The notes: generated from the letters alone by a model not told the origin. Numbered from the stretch's first letter, positions 1 through 14,139 are shown. The stretch: DNA of 64,000 bases from Eledone cirrhosa (GCA_964016885.1 OZ024743.1:285386001-285450000), one strand, 5' to 3'. Numbers and translations are program-made.

Positions 1-270
1 AAGTTGCCTTCTGCAGGACAAATCCAAGCAAGGTTGTTTGTGGAAGACCAGCAGTTGTTAATACCAGCCTCCCCTCTCCATGCCACCGATGTTGTCCAAG
101 AGAAAAACTATAGCCAATACAACTTGGCACCAGTGATGTCATAATTCATTTCCACAGTCAACTGGAGCAACGTGAAATAAAGTGTCTTGCTCAAGAATAC
201 AAGACATAGCCTGGTCCATGACTTGAACTCACAACCCCACGATTGTAAGCCCAACACTCTAACCACTATA
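1..270 (-). mobile_element. tRNA-derived SINE, family B (CORE/Meta-like central domain); other copies ~5470-5730(-), 36290-36430(+), 44200-44370(-), 61911-62232(+)
   Basis: Reverse complement of the 61911-62232 copy; A-box-like TAGTGGTTAGAG, B-box-like GAGTTCAAGT, central TCTTGAGCAAGACACTTTATTTCACGTTGCTCCAG. Confidence 0.75.
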
Positions 271-1546
271 CTATAATATTATGCTAGTGTCTTTATATTT
301 TTATCATTATTTGCACAAAACATTATTTGCACAAGAAATATATTTTAATTAAGGGAGATAATTATTTTCTAGAATGTTTTTAAAATGAATGTTTTTAAAA
401 TGAGCTTAAACATATTTTGATTTTTGACAATTTCTCCATGCTCATGTAAAGAACAACTTAAAAAGTTTAAATCTTGAAATATTATTACATTATGAGAAGT
501 TCATATAAATCGAATGATGAATGTGATAATACTGAAAATGGAATACTGTATATACTTGTGTATCATTTCCAACTATTTCCATAAAAATAGGATGTGAAAA
601 CCTAGCATGCAACTTATCTACTGGACATAAAAAAAAGCTTAATTCAAAATACATAGAACATTGTAAATATTGTATGCAAACTGGAGGTGTAATTTATCTA
701 CCAGTGTGACCTATACATGAGTATACACAGTATATTTAGCCTTGTTTAGTGAGAAATCAATGATGATATGAAAGTGTACCAGACAATATAATAATGTATT
801 GTAAGTCAATTAATTAATTACCTAAACCCTTTTGATACTAATCAGCTCAAAACTGTTTCTGTTTCTATGAAACAAACCCACCTATTGTAAAGGGTTGCTA
901 TTTAAATTGAAATTTTCCAGCATAATTTGACTTTAGAACATTTAGTTGTGTTTAAAATACCATCATAATAATGAAATAATTAATAATTTTAATAAATCCC
1001 TACAAATTCTTCATTAATTTATTCAAATACAATGTATTTGAATTAATTAATGAAGAATTATGTGACAATGAAAGGGTTATTCTGATATTGGTGTTGTTGC
1101 AGAGTTACTCCACTTTGATACTTCAACAGAAGCTGAAAATCACAAGTGATGAATGCTGGCCTAACAATCAAAATATGAACAGTTCATATATTACTGGTGC
1201 AGCACTATTTCTCTCAGAAAACTACATAGCTCTACTCTCTTTAGCTGAATGTTATAGTTTACTGTTTTATTAGTATTTTATTAGCTTACAATGTTGAACT
1301 TCAGTCCTCTCAAATTGTTACAGAATGCAATGGGAAATCATTACATTTGATCTTCCTTTGAATCACAAAACTTATTTCAGTGTTTTCTTTATTTTGAACC
1401 CCCCCCCCCCCCCCCCCAACCATTGAGATTGATTTCTCAGGGACGCCTTTCATCAGAAAATCAGCAGTTAAGTAATGGGTGAACAAATATTTAATGTTGT
1501 GTGTCCAAATTTCAATTAGAAATACTATTGTGACGAGGAGAGAATG

Positions 1547-1735
1547 TGGATTGGCAGTATCGGTAGAGGGTCGGACGCCATGCTTTGACGCAAAGAGTTA
1601 CGGCCCTTTCCATTCTAAGTTCAAATCCCGCCGAGGTTAATTTTGCCTTTCATCCTTACGGGGTCGATAAAATAAAGTACCAGTAATACACTAGGATAAT
1701 TGCTGGCCTTGTGCCAAAAAGTAGAAAATTATTTC
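1547..1735 (+). mobile_element. tRNA-derived SINE, family A (~195 bp); other copies 10868-11050(+), 25100-25315(-), 25328-26105(-, split by an RTE), 26208-26620(+), 39430-39552(-), 45863-46045(-), 47155-47345(+)
   Basis: Recurrent TGGCAGTATCGGTAGAG (A box)...AGTTCAAATCC (B box)...GCCTTTCATCCTTACGGGGTCGATAAAATAAAGTACCAG...CAATTATT. Confidence 0.85.
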
Positions 1736-2189
1736 AATGCCTGATTTTAATCTAATCCTCTCAAGATGTAGGGGAGAAAACTCTGGATATGTTTGGTCTT
1801 TTTAGACTTCTTCAATGAAGCATAGACTTCTTGCTGAAGTTGTGGGAAATGAATCTCTAAGTAGAATTACAGTAGTGTAATCTATATGACTGTAAAGTTA
1901 GCATATTTATAAAAATAAAACTTTGTTTGGGAAATACGGTGAAGCTTATGACATCTAAATAAGACTGAAACATGCCTGGAGTTATGATTAAAATAATATT
2001 AGTTACTGAGCTAATGTTCTCTTTTTGCCTCATTTATACTTCTAAATACTGTTTGATGTTCTGTATTACATTTGTTCACTCCTACATAACTGTTGATTTT
2101 CATGCAGATGGAATCTCTGTATAATTAACCTCAATGTTGTTTTTTTTCTTAACTAAATATGCTAATTTTCTCTGTCCATGCAATCCTAT

Positions 2190-2470
2190 TTATCTATCTA
2201 TACCGACTGTCAGGTTGTTCATCTGCATTTACACATGCTCTCCAAAGCTCTCTGTCTATCATCAGCATTCTGAGCTCCCCCACACTATCCAGTTCAGTAT
2301 CTTCCAGCAGACTATCAATGTAATTTCATTTTCTTCTGCCCCTGTTTGTGTATCCATCTGATAGTTCCCACAGAACAAGATCACTTGCTGTCTCCTCATG
2401 GTTTCTAACACAGTGACCTGCCTTATATTTTCTGTTACTGGTGGAAGCTGTTGATACAATTTTTCAGGTG
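2190..2470 (-). mobile_element. 3' fragment of an old RTE-type LINE ORF
   Basis: Frameshifted translation LYQQLPPVTENIRQ..GHCVR..LVLW..RGR..YIDSLLEDT..LMIDRELWR resembles RTE C-termini. Confidence 0.6.
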
Positions 2471-3589
2471 CCTGTCATATTTGGTTATGTTCTTAGAATT
2501 TCAAAGAAAACCTTTTATTCAAACTCCATGGATAGATTGTTCTCAGTCTATTATCTAGGTTCAGTATATGCTCATATTAGCTATCAATTACTTATGATGT
2601 TACTTGCTTGTTCCAATTAAAGTAGAATATGTATAGATACACAAATCCAGGGATTTAACTTATGGCTGGCAGGCGAAATTATATATTTAACACTGAACCA
2701 GTCTACTCTTTTGATTAGAATAAAGTGTTCTATTCAAAATTCCAAGAACATAATTGAATATTATTGGCACCTGAATAAATTCAGAGCATGCAGCAGCTGA
2801 AACATTGTGATTAAAACAATGAAAATGATGGACAATCAATATTTAATAATGATAAATTGAGATTTCAGAATTTCAGACAAATTGCATTAACCCTTTTGAT
2901 ACCAAACTGCTTGAAACTGCCCCTGGTTCTATCATCATCATTTTTCCATCATAATTTTGTGCCACCTTTGTTAAGTTATGTTCCAAACACCAAATAATAA
3001 TGAGAAAGTTGCTAAAATCCTCTAAATTTTTGATTTTTTTTCAAAATTATTTGAAATCCACAGGTAGTATTTTTAATTAGAAATATAATAATGAAATATG
3101 TTTATTACATAGATAAGTATTTTTCCATTATATATATTAACAACACATATCTTCAGAATTAATATTTGAACTCTATGACACAAAGTTTAAATATATGCAC
3201 CAACCACACTACTGCAAATGATAATGAACGATTTCTATTTTATTCATTGTTATCTCTAGATTGAATTGAAAAGAGTCCCATATTTTCAGTGGATCAATCA
3301 AAATTGTATTAATTCACACAGCAACACTTTAGACAATATTTGATACAACCCACTGAAAGATTGCAGATTGTTTCGCCAACACTACACATGATATCCACAC
3401 ACATGCACGCATGTATCTGTGTGTATATCATGACTCATATACTGTTCACTTACCTGACATTTGTAAATTATTCTATATACACTATACATGCACATTTGAT
3501 GAGTTGTAGTGCACCTGAGCACTGTACACAATAATTTTCATTATTGTTATTAAACTATTTAATACAAACATTTTTAAAAGTCATACTTA

Positions 3590-3787
<198 letters not shown>

Positions 3788-3895
3788 TCAGTTTCATATT
3801 ATATATATATATATATTTAATACATTAACAGAGAAAGCTTTAAGCGATACTCTGACCAACTCCATCTCACTCCACAAACATTAGGATATACCTGA

Positions 3896-3944
<49 letters not shown>

Positions 3945-4369
3945 CGAAATTATAAACAAGTATATTTTCAAAGCATATTTATTTCTTTACACATGTTTCA
4001 AGGGAGTTGTACATCAAATTGTATTCATATTGTCAACCACCTATGGGGTGAATTGGATGCACTTTTTCATGGCATTAGCACTACAGAGGTTGATGATCAT
4101 TTATTCAACTAAATAGACTTCTCTACATGACAGGGTGGGGAAAGGGGAGAATAGAACTGGTAGGAAAGATAAGCATGATATCATAGTTATATGATAAGTA
4201 TGATAGAGGATTTGATATGGAGAGAAGTAGGAGGGAAGGGGGGTGACTTCTGATAGTATAGAAGGTACTGAGTTGATAACAGTTACTAAGAGTTTATACT
4301 TTAGTGTTTCAAGATTTTAGAGGGGAGATGATCCTAGATAGAGCAGGGGTGGAGGGTATAGTGATGGTG

Positions 4370-4790
4370 AGAATCAAAAGGGTTTAAAGTAAACTGAACA
4401 AAAACCACAGTTTTAATAAATAAGAAAGAAGCCAAGATTCTGATTCCATAAAAGAAGTAGTCCTGTTCAATATGCATAAAAAGTGTAGGTAAAAACTCTA
4501 TTATAGGATGTACATAATGTTTAATATGGGTACACAAGAGGTGTAGGAGGATTGTAGGCAAGCTAGCAGAAAAGGTTGACTTGGTATGTTGCAGGTGCAC
4601 AGGGAGAATTGGTAGTAAGAGCACCAGTGAAATAAACTTTTCCCAATCCCAGGAAGATCCCATAGAAATAGTTAAACACTTTTTTTACCTAGGTGACCCA
4701 ATTAACAGTGGGGGAGATAGTTTTGAAAGCTTAGCAGCCAGAATAAAAAACAAGATGGAAATAGCTCAGAGAGCTACTGCCCCTGTTGAC
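4370..4790 (+). mobile_element. Decayed RTE LINE fragment (PHD-finger region)
   Basis: WVHKRC..CCRC..FFYLGDPINSGG; homologous to 48550-48900. Confidence 0.75.
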
Positions 4791-4806
4791 AACACTTTAA
4801 ATATAT

Positions 4807-5035
4807 TTAACCCTTTAGCATTTAAGCCAGCCATATCCAGCTAGAATTCTCTCACCTCTTTCTGTTCAAACCAGCCATAACCGGCTGTTCATACTGATGT
4901 TAAAGTAGTTTTCTTAAAATAAATAATATCAAAATTTCATAGATTCGGTACTATGTGAGATAATTATGTGAAGTAAAGCATTTACCGTGAAAATATAATA
5001 GTAAATATAGAGTAATGTAAATATTAAAGGGTTAA
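4807..5035 (+). mobile_element. piggyBac-like MITE (TTAA TSD, CCCTTTAGCATTT termini); copies at 18306-18529, 22843-23046, 31256-31482, 37712-37919, 43509-43644, 43835-44038, 44405-44844, 49806-50034
   Basis: TTAA|CCCTTTAGCATTTA...TAAAT(G/A)(C/T)TAAAGGG|TTAA with a shared internal sequence in about 9 copies, both orientations. Confidence 0.85.
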
Positions 5036-5087
5036 ATATATATTATATTCGAACATCTTACAGACCTATGGAGCACATGATACTTAC

Positions 5088-5203
5088 ATCCTCCATGTAC
5101 AATGACATCATTGACACAAACACTGCCACTTGAGGTTTCGGAAATAAACTTATGAACTGTTTCTTTGTTATTTGAGAAGACATACAAAGATAATGGTTTC
5201 TCC
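5088..5203 (-). CDS. ALDH3: ALDH3-like exon 11 ([38 protein letters not shown])
   Basis: EKPL-x-LYVFS...TSSG-x-V-x-x-ND motif; AG/GTAAGT. Confidence 0.96.
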
Positions 5204-6194
5204 CTAGAATAGAGAACAAAAATGAGATAAAGTAATTTTTATTTCTTCAAAGATAGTCTGCATCCACTACAGTTATATACTTTGATATATGGCACGTAGG
5301 TATACATATTTATCACTTGCACTAATATAATATAATCAATTCTTGACCTATATAATCTGGAGTATCTATCAATAAATACCTAATTTTATTGATTTTAGTA
5401 GAGATGAGAAATGACAGTTGAGAGTCTATGCTTTTAATAAGGGTATTCTAAAGTCTAAAGTCTGTCACAAGCCTAGAGGCTCAATAGGCTGGTGCTTATT
5501 CTGATTTCCTTAGCATTAAGCAACATGACTTCCCCCTGGACTGGACACCAGTCCATGACAAAATTAAACCTCCAGTTATTTCTGGTACTCAATTTCAGCT
5601 GAGTATACTTGAGCAACTTGAAATGAAGTGTTTTGCTCAAGAATACGCACACAACCTAGTCCAGGAATTGACCTACAACATTATGATTGTAAGTCCAACA
5701 TCCTAACCACTAGGTCATGTACTTACACCATAGTAAGGGCATTATCATCATCATCATCATCACTGTTTAATGTCCATTTCCCATGCTTGCATGGGTTAGA
5801 CGGGTTGTCCAAGTCATGAGACAAGTCTGGCCAGTTAGCCACACCATACCTTGCTCAGACGGAACTGTAAATTTGGCTGGGATTATTACAGATGGATGCC
5901 CTTCCTAACACCAACCACATTTAGTGGTATAAAAAAAGAAAAACAACAACCCAAAACTGAAATCAAGTTGCAAAATTGGTTTCCCGAAAGTTTACATCTT
6001 ACTGAAATCTATTCACCAAACATTTTTATTCCAAACATCAATATGATAAATAAAATAATTGCTTGACCATTTATGATTGGCAGTATTTTTCATTAGATGA
6101 TCAACTGAATTGACTTTTTCTCAGAAAACCTGATAATTTGTGTTTAATGTTACATTGATTCCTTGATAAAGACACTTAACTAGCAATAACTCTG

Positions 6195-6689
6195 TTTATC
6201 AAGTCATAGAGACGTGCAACCACGCGAATACTATCCATCAGGCAATTACCATAATCTGAACGCCTTGCTTCCCTGGGCTCTGACGTCTGGCAACTGACTT
6301 GGTAAACACCCACAAAATTATTAACCATCTTGCCAACAACAACCTTTTTGATTTCCATGTGTCTAACACACGTGGGCATGCCCACAAAGTCAGAAAACAG
6401 CACAGCTCCCATGACTTTCGGAAACATTTTTTCACGCTCAGAGTTGCTGAAGCATGGAACAAACTACCTGCATCAGTTATTAGCTGTTGAGACACTGCAT
6501 CCTTTAAAACCCCCATGCTTCCTGAGATTCGCAAACACTACACCTAATATTCCCCCTCCATACACACACACACACACATGTATATCATGACTCATACAAT
6601 ATTCACTTCCCTGACATTTGTATATTATTCTATGTACTATACAAGCACCTTTAATGAGTTGTAGTGCACCTGAGCACTGTACACAATAA

Positions 6690-6730
<41 letters not shown>
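6195..6730 (+). mobile_element. CR1-clade LINE 3' end with (TTA)n tail; related copies 11665-12460, 32118-32410, 3355-3550
   Basis: TRGHAHKVRKQHSSHDFRKHFFTLRVAEAWNKLP (CR1-type C-terminus), shared 3'UTR ending GCACCTGAGCACTGTACACAATAA(TTA)n. Confidence 0.85.
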
Positions 6731-6732
<2 letters not shown>

Positions 6733-6895
6733 AAAAATGTATTGATAAAAGAAAGTTCCTCCCTATTATTAATGAGTATTTCATTACTTGAATTGTTGAT
6801 CTGAGCAAAAAGAAAGCAACAAAAAATCACTCTTGTATATTCCTTCTTGGATTACTACAGTAAGACAGAACACAGAGGTGTATTTATGTGTTAAA

Positions 6896-7113
6896 TACAA
6901 GGGTTGGCTGAAAAGTTCATCGGCTGAAAAGTTAATAAGTTGACCAAGATACTCTTATGGAATGACCAAATGAGGTTTATTTTTCAACATAGTCCCTGGA
7001 AAAAAACAATGTAGTTATTAATAAGAAGAGTTGAAATTAATGCATGCAAGCATTCACAGCTCTAGCATCACTTCTTCATAGTCAGCCTATGAACTTTTCA
7101 ACTACCCCTCCTA
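6896..7113 (+). mobile_element. Mariner-like MITE (TA TSD); second copy 18963-19180 in opposite orientation
   Basis: TA-CAAGGGTTGGCTGAAAAGTTCAT...ATGAACTTTTCAACTACCCCTCC-TA inverted termini; internal sequence shared between copies. Confidence 0.75.
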
Positions 7114-7449
7114 CATTCATCATCATCGTGTAATGTCCATTTTTCGACACTAGCATGGGTTAGACAAGTTCTCCCAAGGCGATTGTTTTGCTGTTTCTGG
7201 TTTGGTTTCTATGTCTAGATGCCTTTCCTAATGCCAACTACATTTACAATGTGAACTGGACGCTTTTTGTTGTGACACCTACATGACCACTTTATAGTGT
7301 GAACTGGGCACTTTTTGTCATGACACCTACACAACCACTTTACAGTGTGGACTGGGTGCTTTTTGTTGTGACACCTACATGACCACATTAAAAGAATACA
7401 TTTGGAAACATCTCTTTCCAGTTGGTTTTAAAGAAATATTGGTACATAC

Positions 7450-7520
7450 CCACTCTTAATATATTGAAGTACTTCATCTGGATTTTCTACAGTCATTATT
7501 GGTAGAATTGGACCAAATAT
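7450..7520 (-). CDS. ALDH3: ALDH3-like exon 10 (IFGPILPIMTVENPDEVLQYIKS)
   Basis: EEIFGPILP motif completed across the junction; strong polypyrimidine acceptor, GTATGT donor. Confidence 0.96.
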
Positions 7521-8353
7521 CTATAAAAAAAAAGAAAAAAGGATTTTTTTATAATGACAATAAAATGGTGAGGAAATTGAATACCAATAGCATTTCCCAT
7601 TCAATATGGTCTTAGCCATTTGGGTCTTTTTAACACCTATCTAAAAATAGACTTTATAAGCGATAAGCATACATAAATGTTTGAATCTATATTGTAGTAG
7701 CTCAAACACCTAGGGGGTTGCAACTAAATCTCCCTAAACAAACACTCAGCCTTAAAAGAGAGGCCTTACATTTTAACTCATAAATTTTAGGAGTCCTTTC
7801 TACAATGTACATACGAGAATAGATATGCCATTTTGTTGATTAAATACTTCATTTAACCAGTTGTATCATTTCCATAATAAAACAAATAAAATATTAAAAC
7901 AATAACATCAATTTATCTCTCATGATATATACTAGCTACATGACCATTTGTTAATTTGAATAGTATGTTGTTTTTTGTGTGTGTTTGTTGGATTGGATAG
8001 GATTAAAAGTATCATTAAAACATTGTTGCAATGTCCTTCTGATGTATTGTTAATGTTCCATAAAATATGTAGTTGCAAAGGATCTATTGGTTGGAAAATA
8101 CAACAATCAAGAACTGTACTTCTCATATGTCTAACTGTTATATTTGGTAGTCTTATATCATATAATTAGTTAGCAGAAGCACTAACATAGTGTGATTCAT
8201 AATAGGAGTGTATATGAAGGCAAATACAATATGTTTAGGTACAATAAACATACATGAATGTATTATCTATGTATATCTATGAATATATGTTTATATCTTG
8301 GTGTGTTATTTTAGAGGTTTACATCAAGAAAGGGGTTACTGTTTAATACTGAC

Positions 8354-8480
8354 CTCTTCTTGCATTATAGGATCATTTGCTGTGATATCAGTCAGAATTG
8401 CTGGTGTTATCAGTCGACTTTCATCACAAATTTCACCGCCAAATGCAGGCTTTCTGTTTTCTAGATGTTTCTTCAAATGC
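8354..8480 (-). CDS. ALDH3: ALDH3-like exon 9 (HLKKHLENRKPAFGGEICDESRLITPAILTDITANDPIMQEE)
   Basis: AFGG...P-x-ILTD...MQEE; phase 2/0, AG/GTCAGT. Confidence 0.95.
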
Positions 8481-8571
8481 CTGAATTAGATGATAGAATA
8501 ATTGTTTTATATCCAAAAATATACAAGTAAAATATTTTTTTTTACTACTGATTTCATCTTGTGTAAATTTG

Positions 8572-8800
8572 ATTTGGCAGCCGTTGAAACTACAGGTGTC
8601 TTTGGTACCTGCACTGCCGATTTCCCCTGCAAAATTGGAAAGACAGCAGCCCACCTGAGGCCCATGAAGCAGGGTGGCTATTGCAGCAGGTGTTGCTGGC
8701 CATTCTCTGTGGCAATGCCTTCATCATTCTGTCTGGGGTATAGAGTCGGTTCCTCCTTCTCTCCTTTTCTTTTGTGGCTAAATTCTCTTTTTTCCTTTTC
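8572..8800 (+). mobile_element. CRE-like non-LTR retrotransposon 3' fragment (C-terminal to the restriction-like endonuclease)
   Basis: LAAVETTGVFG..F..KIG..W..Q...GNA pattern, homologous to 34540-34862. Confidence 0.55.
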
Positions 8801-8872
8801 TTCTTTCCATTTATTTTCTTTTTTGTTTCATTTAAATATTATTATTTTTTTATAATCATAAATATTATTGTA

Positions 8873-10048
8873 CTAACTGGCCCGTTAGGCTGGCGCCCGG
8901 CTACCATTGACGTGTTCTACGGCATCCATATATATATATATATATATATAGCTGACGTACCTAGCTTCGATTGGATAAACAGATGATAAGCCGTCTGTGT
9001 TGAAAATTACTGTTGAAAATATCTAGTACAGTATAGTATTACTGTTGAAAATATATAGTATAGTATAGTATTACTGTTGAAAATATATAGTACAGTACAG
9101 TATTACTGTTGAAAATATATAGAATAGTATACTATTACTGTTGAAAATATATAGTATAATATTACTGTTGAAAACATATAGTATTACTGTTGAAAATATA
9201 TGGTATAGTATTTTTGTTGAAAATATATAGTACAGTATTACTGTTGAAAATATATAGTACAGTATTACTGTTGAAAATATATAGTACAGTATTACTGTTG
9301 AAAATATATAGTACAGTTTACTGTTGAAAATATATGGTATAGTATTACTGTTGAAAATATATAGTACAGTATTACTGTTGAAAATATATGGTATAGTATT
9401 ACTGTTGAAAATATATAGTACAGTATTACTATTGAAAATATATAGTACAGTATTACTGTTGAAAATATATAGTACAGTATTACTGTTGAAAATATATAGT
9501 ACAGTATTACTGTTGAAAATATATAGTACAGTATTACTGTTGAAAATATATAGTACAATATTACTGTTGAAAATATATAGTATAATATTACTGTTGAAAA
9601 TATATAGTACAGTATTACTATTGAAAATATATAGTATAGTATTACTGTTGAAAATATATAGTATAGTATTACTGTTGAAAATATATAGTACAATATTACT
9701 GTTGAAAATATATAGTATAATATTACTGTTGAAAATATATAGTACAGTATTACTATTGAAAATATATAGTATAGTATTACTGTTGAAAATATATAGTATA
9801 GTATTACTGTTGAAAATATATAGTACAGTACTACTGTTGAAAATATATAGTATAGTATTACTGTTGAAAATATATAGTACAGTATTTCTGTTGAAAATAT
9901 ATAGTACAGTATTACTGTTGAAAATATATAGTATAGTATTACTGCTGAAAATATATAGTATAGTATTACTGTTGAAAATATATAGTATAATATTACTGTT
10001 GAAAATATATAGTATGGTATTACTGTTGAAAATATGTACACAAATATA

Positions 10049-10121
<73 letters not shown>

Positions 10122-10630
10122 TTAAAAGTTGGTTAGAAGTGAAGTCAATGCAGACAGGCAGACATACAGACAGATATTATAAGCATGCGACGTTATAGCT
10201 ATGTATCTATCTAAAAAGACAGAGTAAGAAAGAGAGAGGTATGTCGTATTATATATATTATATATAATAAAGCACCAGTAATGTAATCAACTTTATTAAT
10301 ATAGATAGAGATTGACAATATACACAGAAATTTAATCCATGATACATTAAAAAAAAAGACGATATTATATATAAACTGCAAAATATATGAATGTTTATTT
10401 AAGCGATCGCTAACCGGAAGTGTTGACATTTGAAAATTTTAAAGAAGGGAATCTTTAGATAAATAATAAAATATCTTTAATCAATAATAACGAAATTTAG
10501 TAGACAAAAACACCCTCACTTTCTTTCTTGGAACAAGTTACATCTATGGTGCAAATTTGGTGCTGTTTGGTCCAGCCGTTTTGCCAAAAGTTTGTTACAT
10601 ACATACGGCCGTCAGCTTTATTAATATAGA
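8873..10630 (-). mobile_element. Probable non-autonomous Helitron containing a minisatellite
   Basis: Minus-strand 5' end A|TCTATATTAATAAAGCTG at 10630. Subterminal CAAATTTGG..GGTCCAGCCGTTT resembles insect Lep1-type Helitrons. Degenerate CTAG plus GC hairpin 3' ends near 8873-8902 and 8948-8975. Confidence 0.55.
8998..10035. repeat. 27-bp minisatellite (ATTACTGTTGAAAATATATAGTACAGT)n, ~35-38 units
   Basis: Directly visible; explains the 9-aa-periodic ORFs on both strands. Confidence 0.95.
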
Positions 10631-11664
10631 TGTACTACCATCATGTAGTTCTCACCATCTCTCTTCTATTATGCCAAACATTAAAATTAACACATTTCTC
10701 TCAGAAAAAAATCTCCCAACTCCAGAGGCAATCCTTCATTATATATCAATCAAATCCATAAAAAAAGAACAAATGTAGGAAAAAGAAAGTTAAAATAGAA
10801 ATTGTGTGAATTAGGTGAGAGGGAGTGAGATAAAATGAATATCATTAATGATGACTCTGTGTCATTGAATTGGCAGTATCAGTAGAGGGTCGGACACCAT
10901 GCTTTCCAGCATAGTTACGTCCTTTTATGGTCTGAGTTCAAATCCTGTCGAGGTTAATTTTGCTTTTCATCCTTACGGGGTCGATAAAATAAAGTACCAG
11001 TAATGTACTAGGTATTTGCTGGCCTTGTGCCAAACGTAGAAACAATTATGTGTTAATAGTTTTCTCCCTTTACGCCATTCTCTACTCTTTGGTCCCAAAT
11101 AATAGGGTGGGGAATAAGTGGAGGGTGGAAGTGAAAAATTGATAATTTTTCTAGGTTGTCTCCCTTGATTAAAAAACAAAACAAAAACAGAATTAGTCAT
11201 TTAGTTTATATTTATTTTAAAATTCATGAGGTTTTGTGTAATGTTCTTTTTTTGTCATGTGTAATGCTTTTTAATGTCTAAAGAAAATTAATTGTCATAG
11301 GAATGCTACCACTTAAAATAAAATCTCGCCAGAGATACATTAGCAAAATTTAATAAGCAGGGTGTACTGTTTGAATACGATTATTTGAGTCCTGAGAGTA
11401 TGTCGATATGCACGTTTTGTACAGAAAAAAGTAAACTGGATAAGATGCTTTTCATTATAAAAAAAAAATTAGTTTTATATTTTTGTATTCAAATATTTAG
11501 TTTTTCATTTATCCAAAATTTTCCCAGTCAGTGATGATGGAATAGCTATCAGTAATATACAGGGGTTGATTAGATTAACCATACAATACATTTATAAAAA
11601 AAATAGTGTTGTATCCAGAGCAAGTCTTGGTGAGGTCTAAGCTTTGGGAGTAAAAACCCAGCGT

Positions 11665-12460
11665 CCACATACTCCCTCCACAACACTAATATCAAGAAGC
11701 CTTCTTGTGAACGTCACCTGAGCATTACTGTCAGCAGCAATTTGCGTTGAATGAAGCACGTCTCTAAAATTGTTAAGAAGGCTGAGGGTGTCTTAGCATC
11801 ACTCAGCAAGACCTTTGTCAGCTGCTCTCCAGCTATCTATTTAAAGCTGTATATAGCTATGGTGTGGCCACACTTAGAATTTGCAACACCAGTCTGGAAC
11901 CCCTATCTTGCTCAGAACATTGACTACCTGGACACTGTTCAGAGACGCGCAACCAACGAATACCCTCCACCAGGCATCTACCATACTCTGAACGCCTTGC
12001 TTCCCTGGGCATGGATACATTGAAGCTCCGATGTCTGGCAACTGACTTGGTAAACACCACAAAATTATTAACTATCTTGCCAACAACAACCCTGAGTACC
12101 TTTTTGATTTCCATGTGTCTAACACACATGGGCATGCCCACAAAGTCAGAAAACAGCACAGCTCCCATGACTTTCGGAGACATCTTTTGACGCTCAGAGT
12201 TGCTGAAGCATGGAACAAACTACCTGCATCAGTTATTAGCAGTCGAGACAATGCATCCTTTAAAACCTCCATCCTTCCTGAGATTTGCCAACACTACACC
12301 TAATATTCCCCCTCCATACACACACACACACATGTATATCATAACTCATACACTATTCACTTCCCTGAAATTTGTATATTATTCTATGTACTATACATGC
12401 ACCTTTGATGAGTTGTAGTACACCTGAGCACTGTACACAATAATAATTTCATTATTATTA
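11665..12460 (+). mobile_element. CR1-clade LINE, 5'-truncated, frameshifted
   Basis: KLYIAMVWPHLEFATPVWNPY..ID.LDTVQRRAT (CR1/L2 post-RT domain) plus the same 3' end as 6195-6730. Confidence 0.85.
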
Positions 12461-12897
12461 TAGCGAAATTGCACCAGAAGGTTTCACAAAAATTGAAAAC
12501 AGGTTTGCTTTTTGAGGCCCTTATGGATAGCAAAGGTTTGAACTGTAGCTTGTCTAGTGTTTAGCTTATGTCTAAATTCAGAACTGGGAATATATTTTAC
12601 TACTTGCTCAACCTCAAGTTAGACATATGATAGCCAAGATATTGTACCCATTTCTATAAAAAATATATAACCCTGCTAGAGACTGTGCTGACAAAACAAG
12701 TTCTTTAAAACAATATGTAGGTTTATAAGTTGGTAGTTTGATCCCATATTTACTCATATAGATTGAAATAAAATCATTATTAAATTATAATAAACAGAAA
12801 CTAACAACAAAAAAGAAAAACATGGAGGAGGAAGGAGGAGAAAAAGAAGGCAATGACAACTTCAATGACAAAATATAATATTTAATGGTATAATTAC

Positions 12898-13001
12898 TGG
12901 AAATGCCTTTCATTAATAATACGTCCATAGTCCTTTGTGTCATGGATTGTGTCAGCATAAAACATTTCAAATGTTTCCTTTAGCTTTTCAACAAATGGTC
13001 C
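12898..13001 (-). CDS. ALDH3: ALDH3-like exon 8 (GPFVEKLKETFEMFYADTIHDTKDYGRIINERHF)
   Basis: DYGRIIN-x-RHF motif; tttcttttAG acceptor, GT donor. Confidence 0.95.
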
Positions 13002-14107
13002 CTAAAAGAAAGAATATTACAGGGAATTACTTAGTCTTTTGTTTATTTTATCTTTTTATTTATTATGCAGCTATGTTCAGATCAATCCTATCAGTAACTA
13101 CTTTACAGAGTGTACTAGGCGTGGTTATCATATAAATCACCAACACTAGGGAGGTCATTATGTCTTTCACGCAGCTGAAGAGGCCACCTGACCCTTTCAT
13201 TGGCCAGCTTTTTACACCTGGATGCCCTTCTTATCACCAACCACTTTGTAGAGTGTCCTGCCTGCATATATTGTGTAGCTTATCAACACTAGGGGGTTGT
13301 CATACCCTTGGCAATCTTGGAGAGACCCTTCAGCTCTTTTGACATAATTTCTACCCAGGGATGTGCTTCATGTTGCCAACTGCCTTACAGGATGTACTGA
13401 TACATCTCTAGTGGCACTAGTACTAGGGGGGTTTTGTCATTGACTCAACTGAAGAGCCCTCCTTACTCTACAGAGGCGACAGGATCAGAAAGATGATAAA
13501 AATGTCCTGAGTGTATGGTGAATATGGGGGAGTGGTGGGATATAGCAGGGTGGTGAATAAGGTTGAAGGAGTGGGGAGACCTCCAATAGCACAGGAGGTA
13601 CTGTGATAAAAGTTACTCAGAGGGGTGGGGTGAGACATGGAGTGTTATAGGAGGGGTAAGTTAAGAGTGGTGTGTTATGATTTTAGGGAGTTGGTGTGAT
13701 ATTGGGGAGAGTCACTAACCTGGATAAAGTGGGTATTAGAGTGTGGTGACCTTCAGTAGTGTAGTCAGTACTGAGGAAGGGAAAGGGATGGTTATAGCCA
13801 GTGGGTTAGGGCTTTAGGGTAAGGGAGGGTGTTCCTGTACAGAGGGATTGAGTGTGGATGTGAGGATTTAAGGAGGTGTTTGGGGGTGAAGAAGGGGTGG
13901 GGATGTACAGTTATGGGGGAAATAGCTACTAAGGAGGGTTAGTGGGAGGGGGGGGGCATGTGAATAGGTCAGGTTTCATTCCATACTGCTGGGTTGGTCT
14001 AAAATGTAACCTGACCCATAAATGTACACAAACACACACACATACACAAACACACACACATACACATACACACACACGTTTATACATATATAAGTCCAGT
14101 CCTTTAA

Positions 14108-14139
<32 letters not shown>

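Noticed and set aside
2493-2547. Candidate terminal ALDH3 exon (LRTIYPWSLNKRFSLKF*)
   Set aside because: Poor acceptor and only weak resemblance to RYPP; not supportable.
9292-10121. 249-aa and 265-aa ORFs on both strands
   Set aside because: Artefacts of the stop-free 27-bp minisatellite (9-aa periodicity) and (TA)n.
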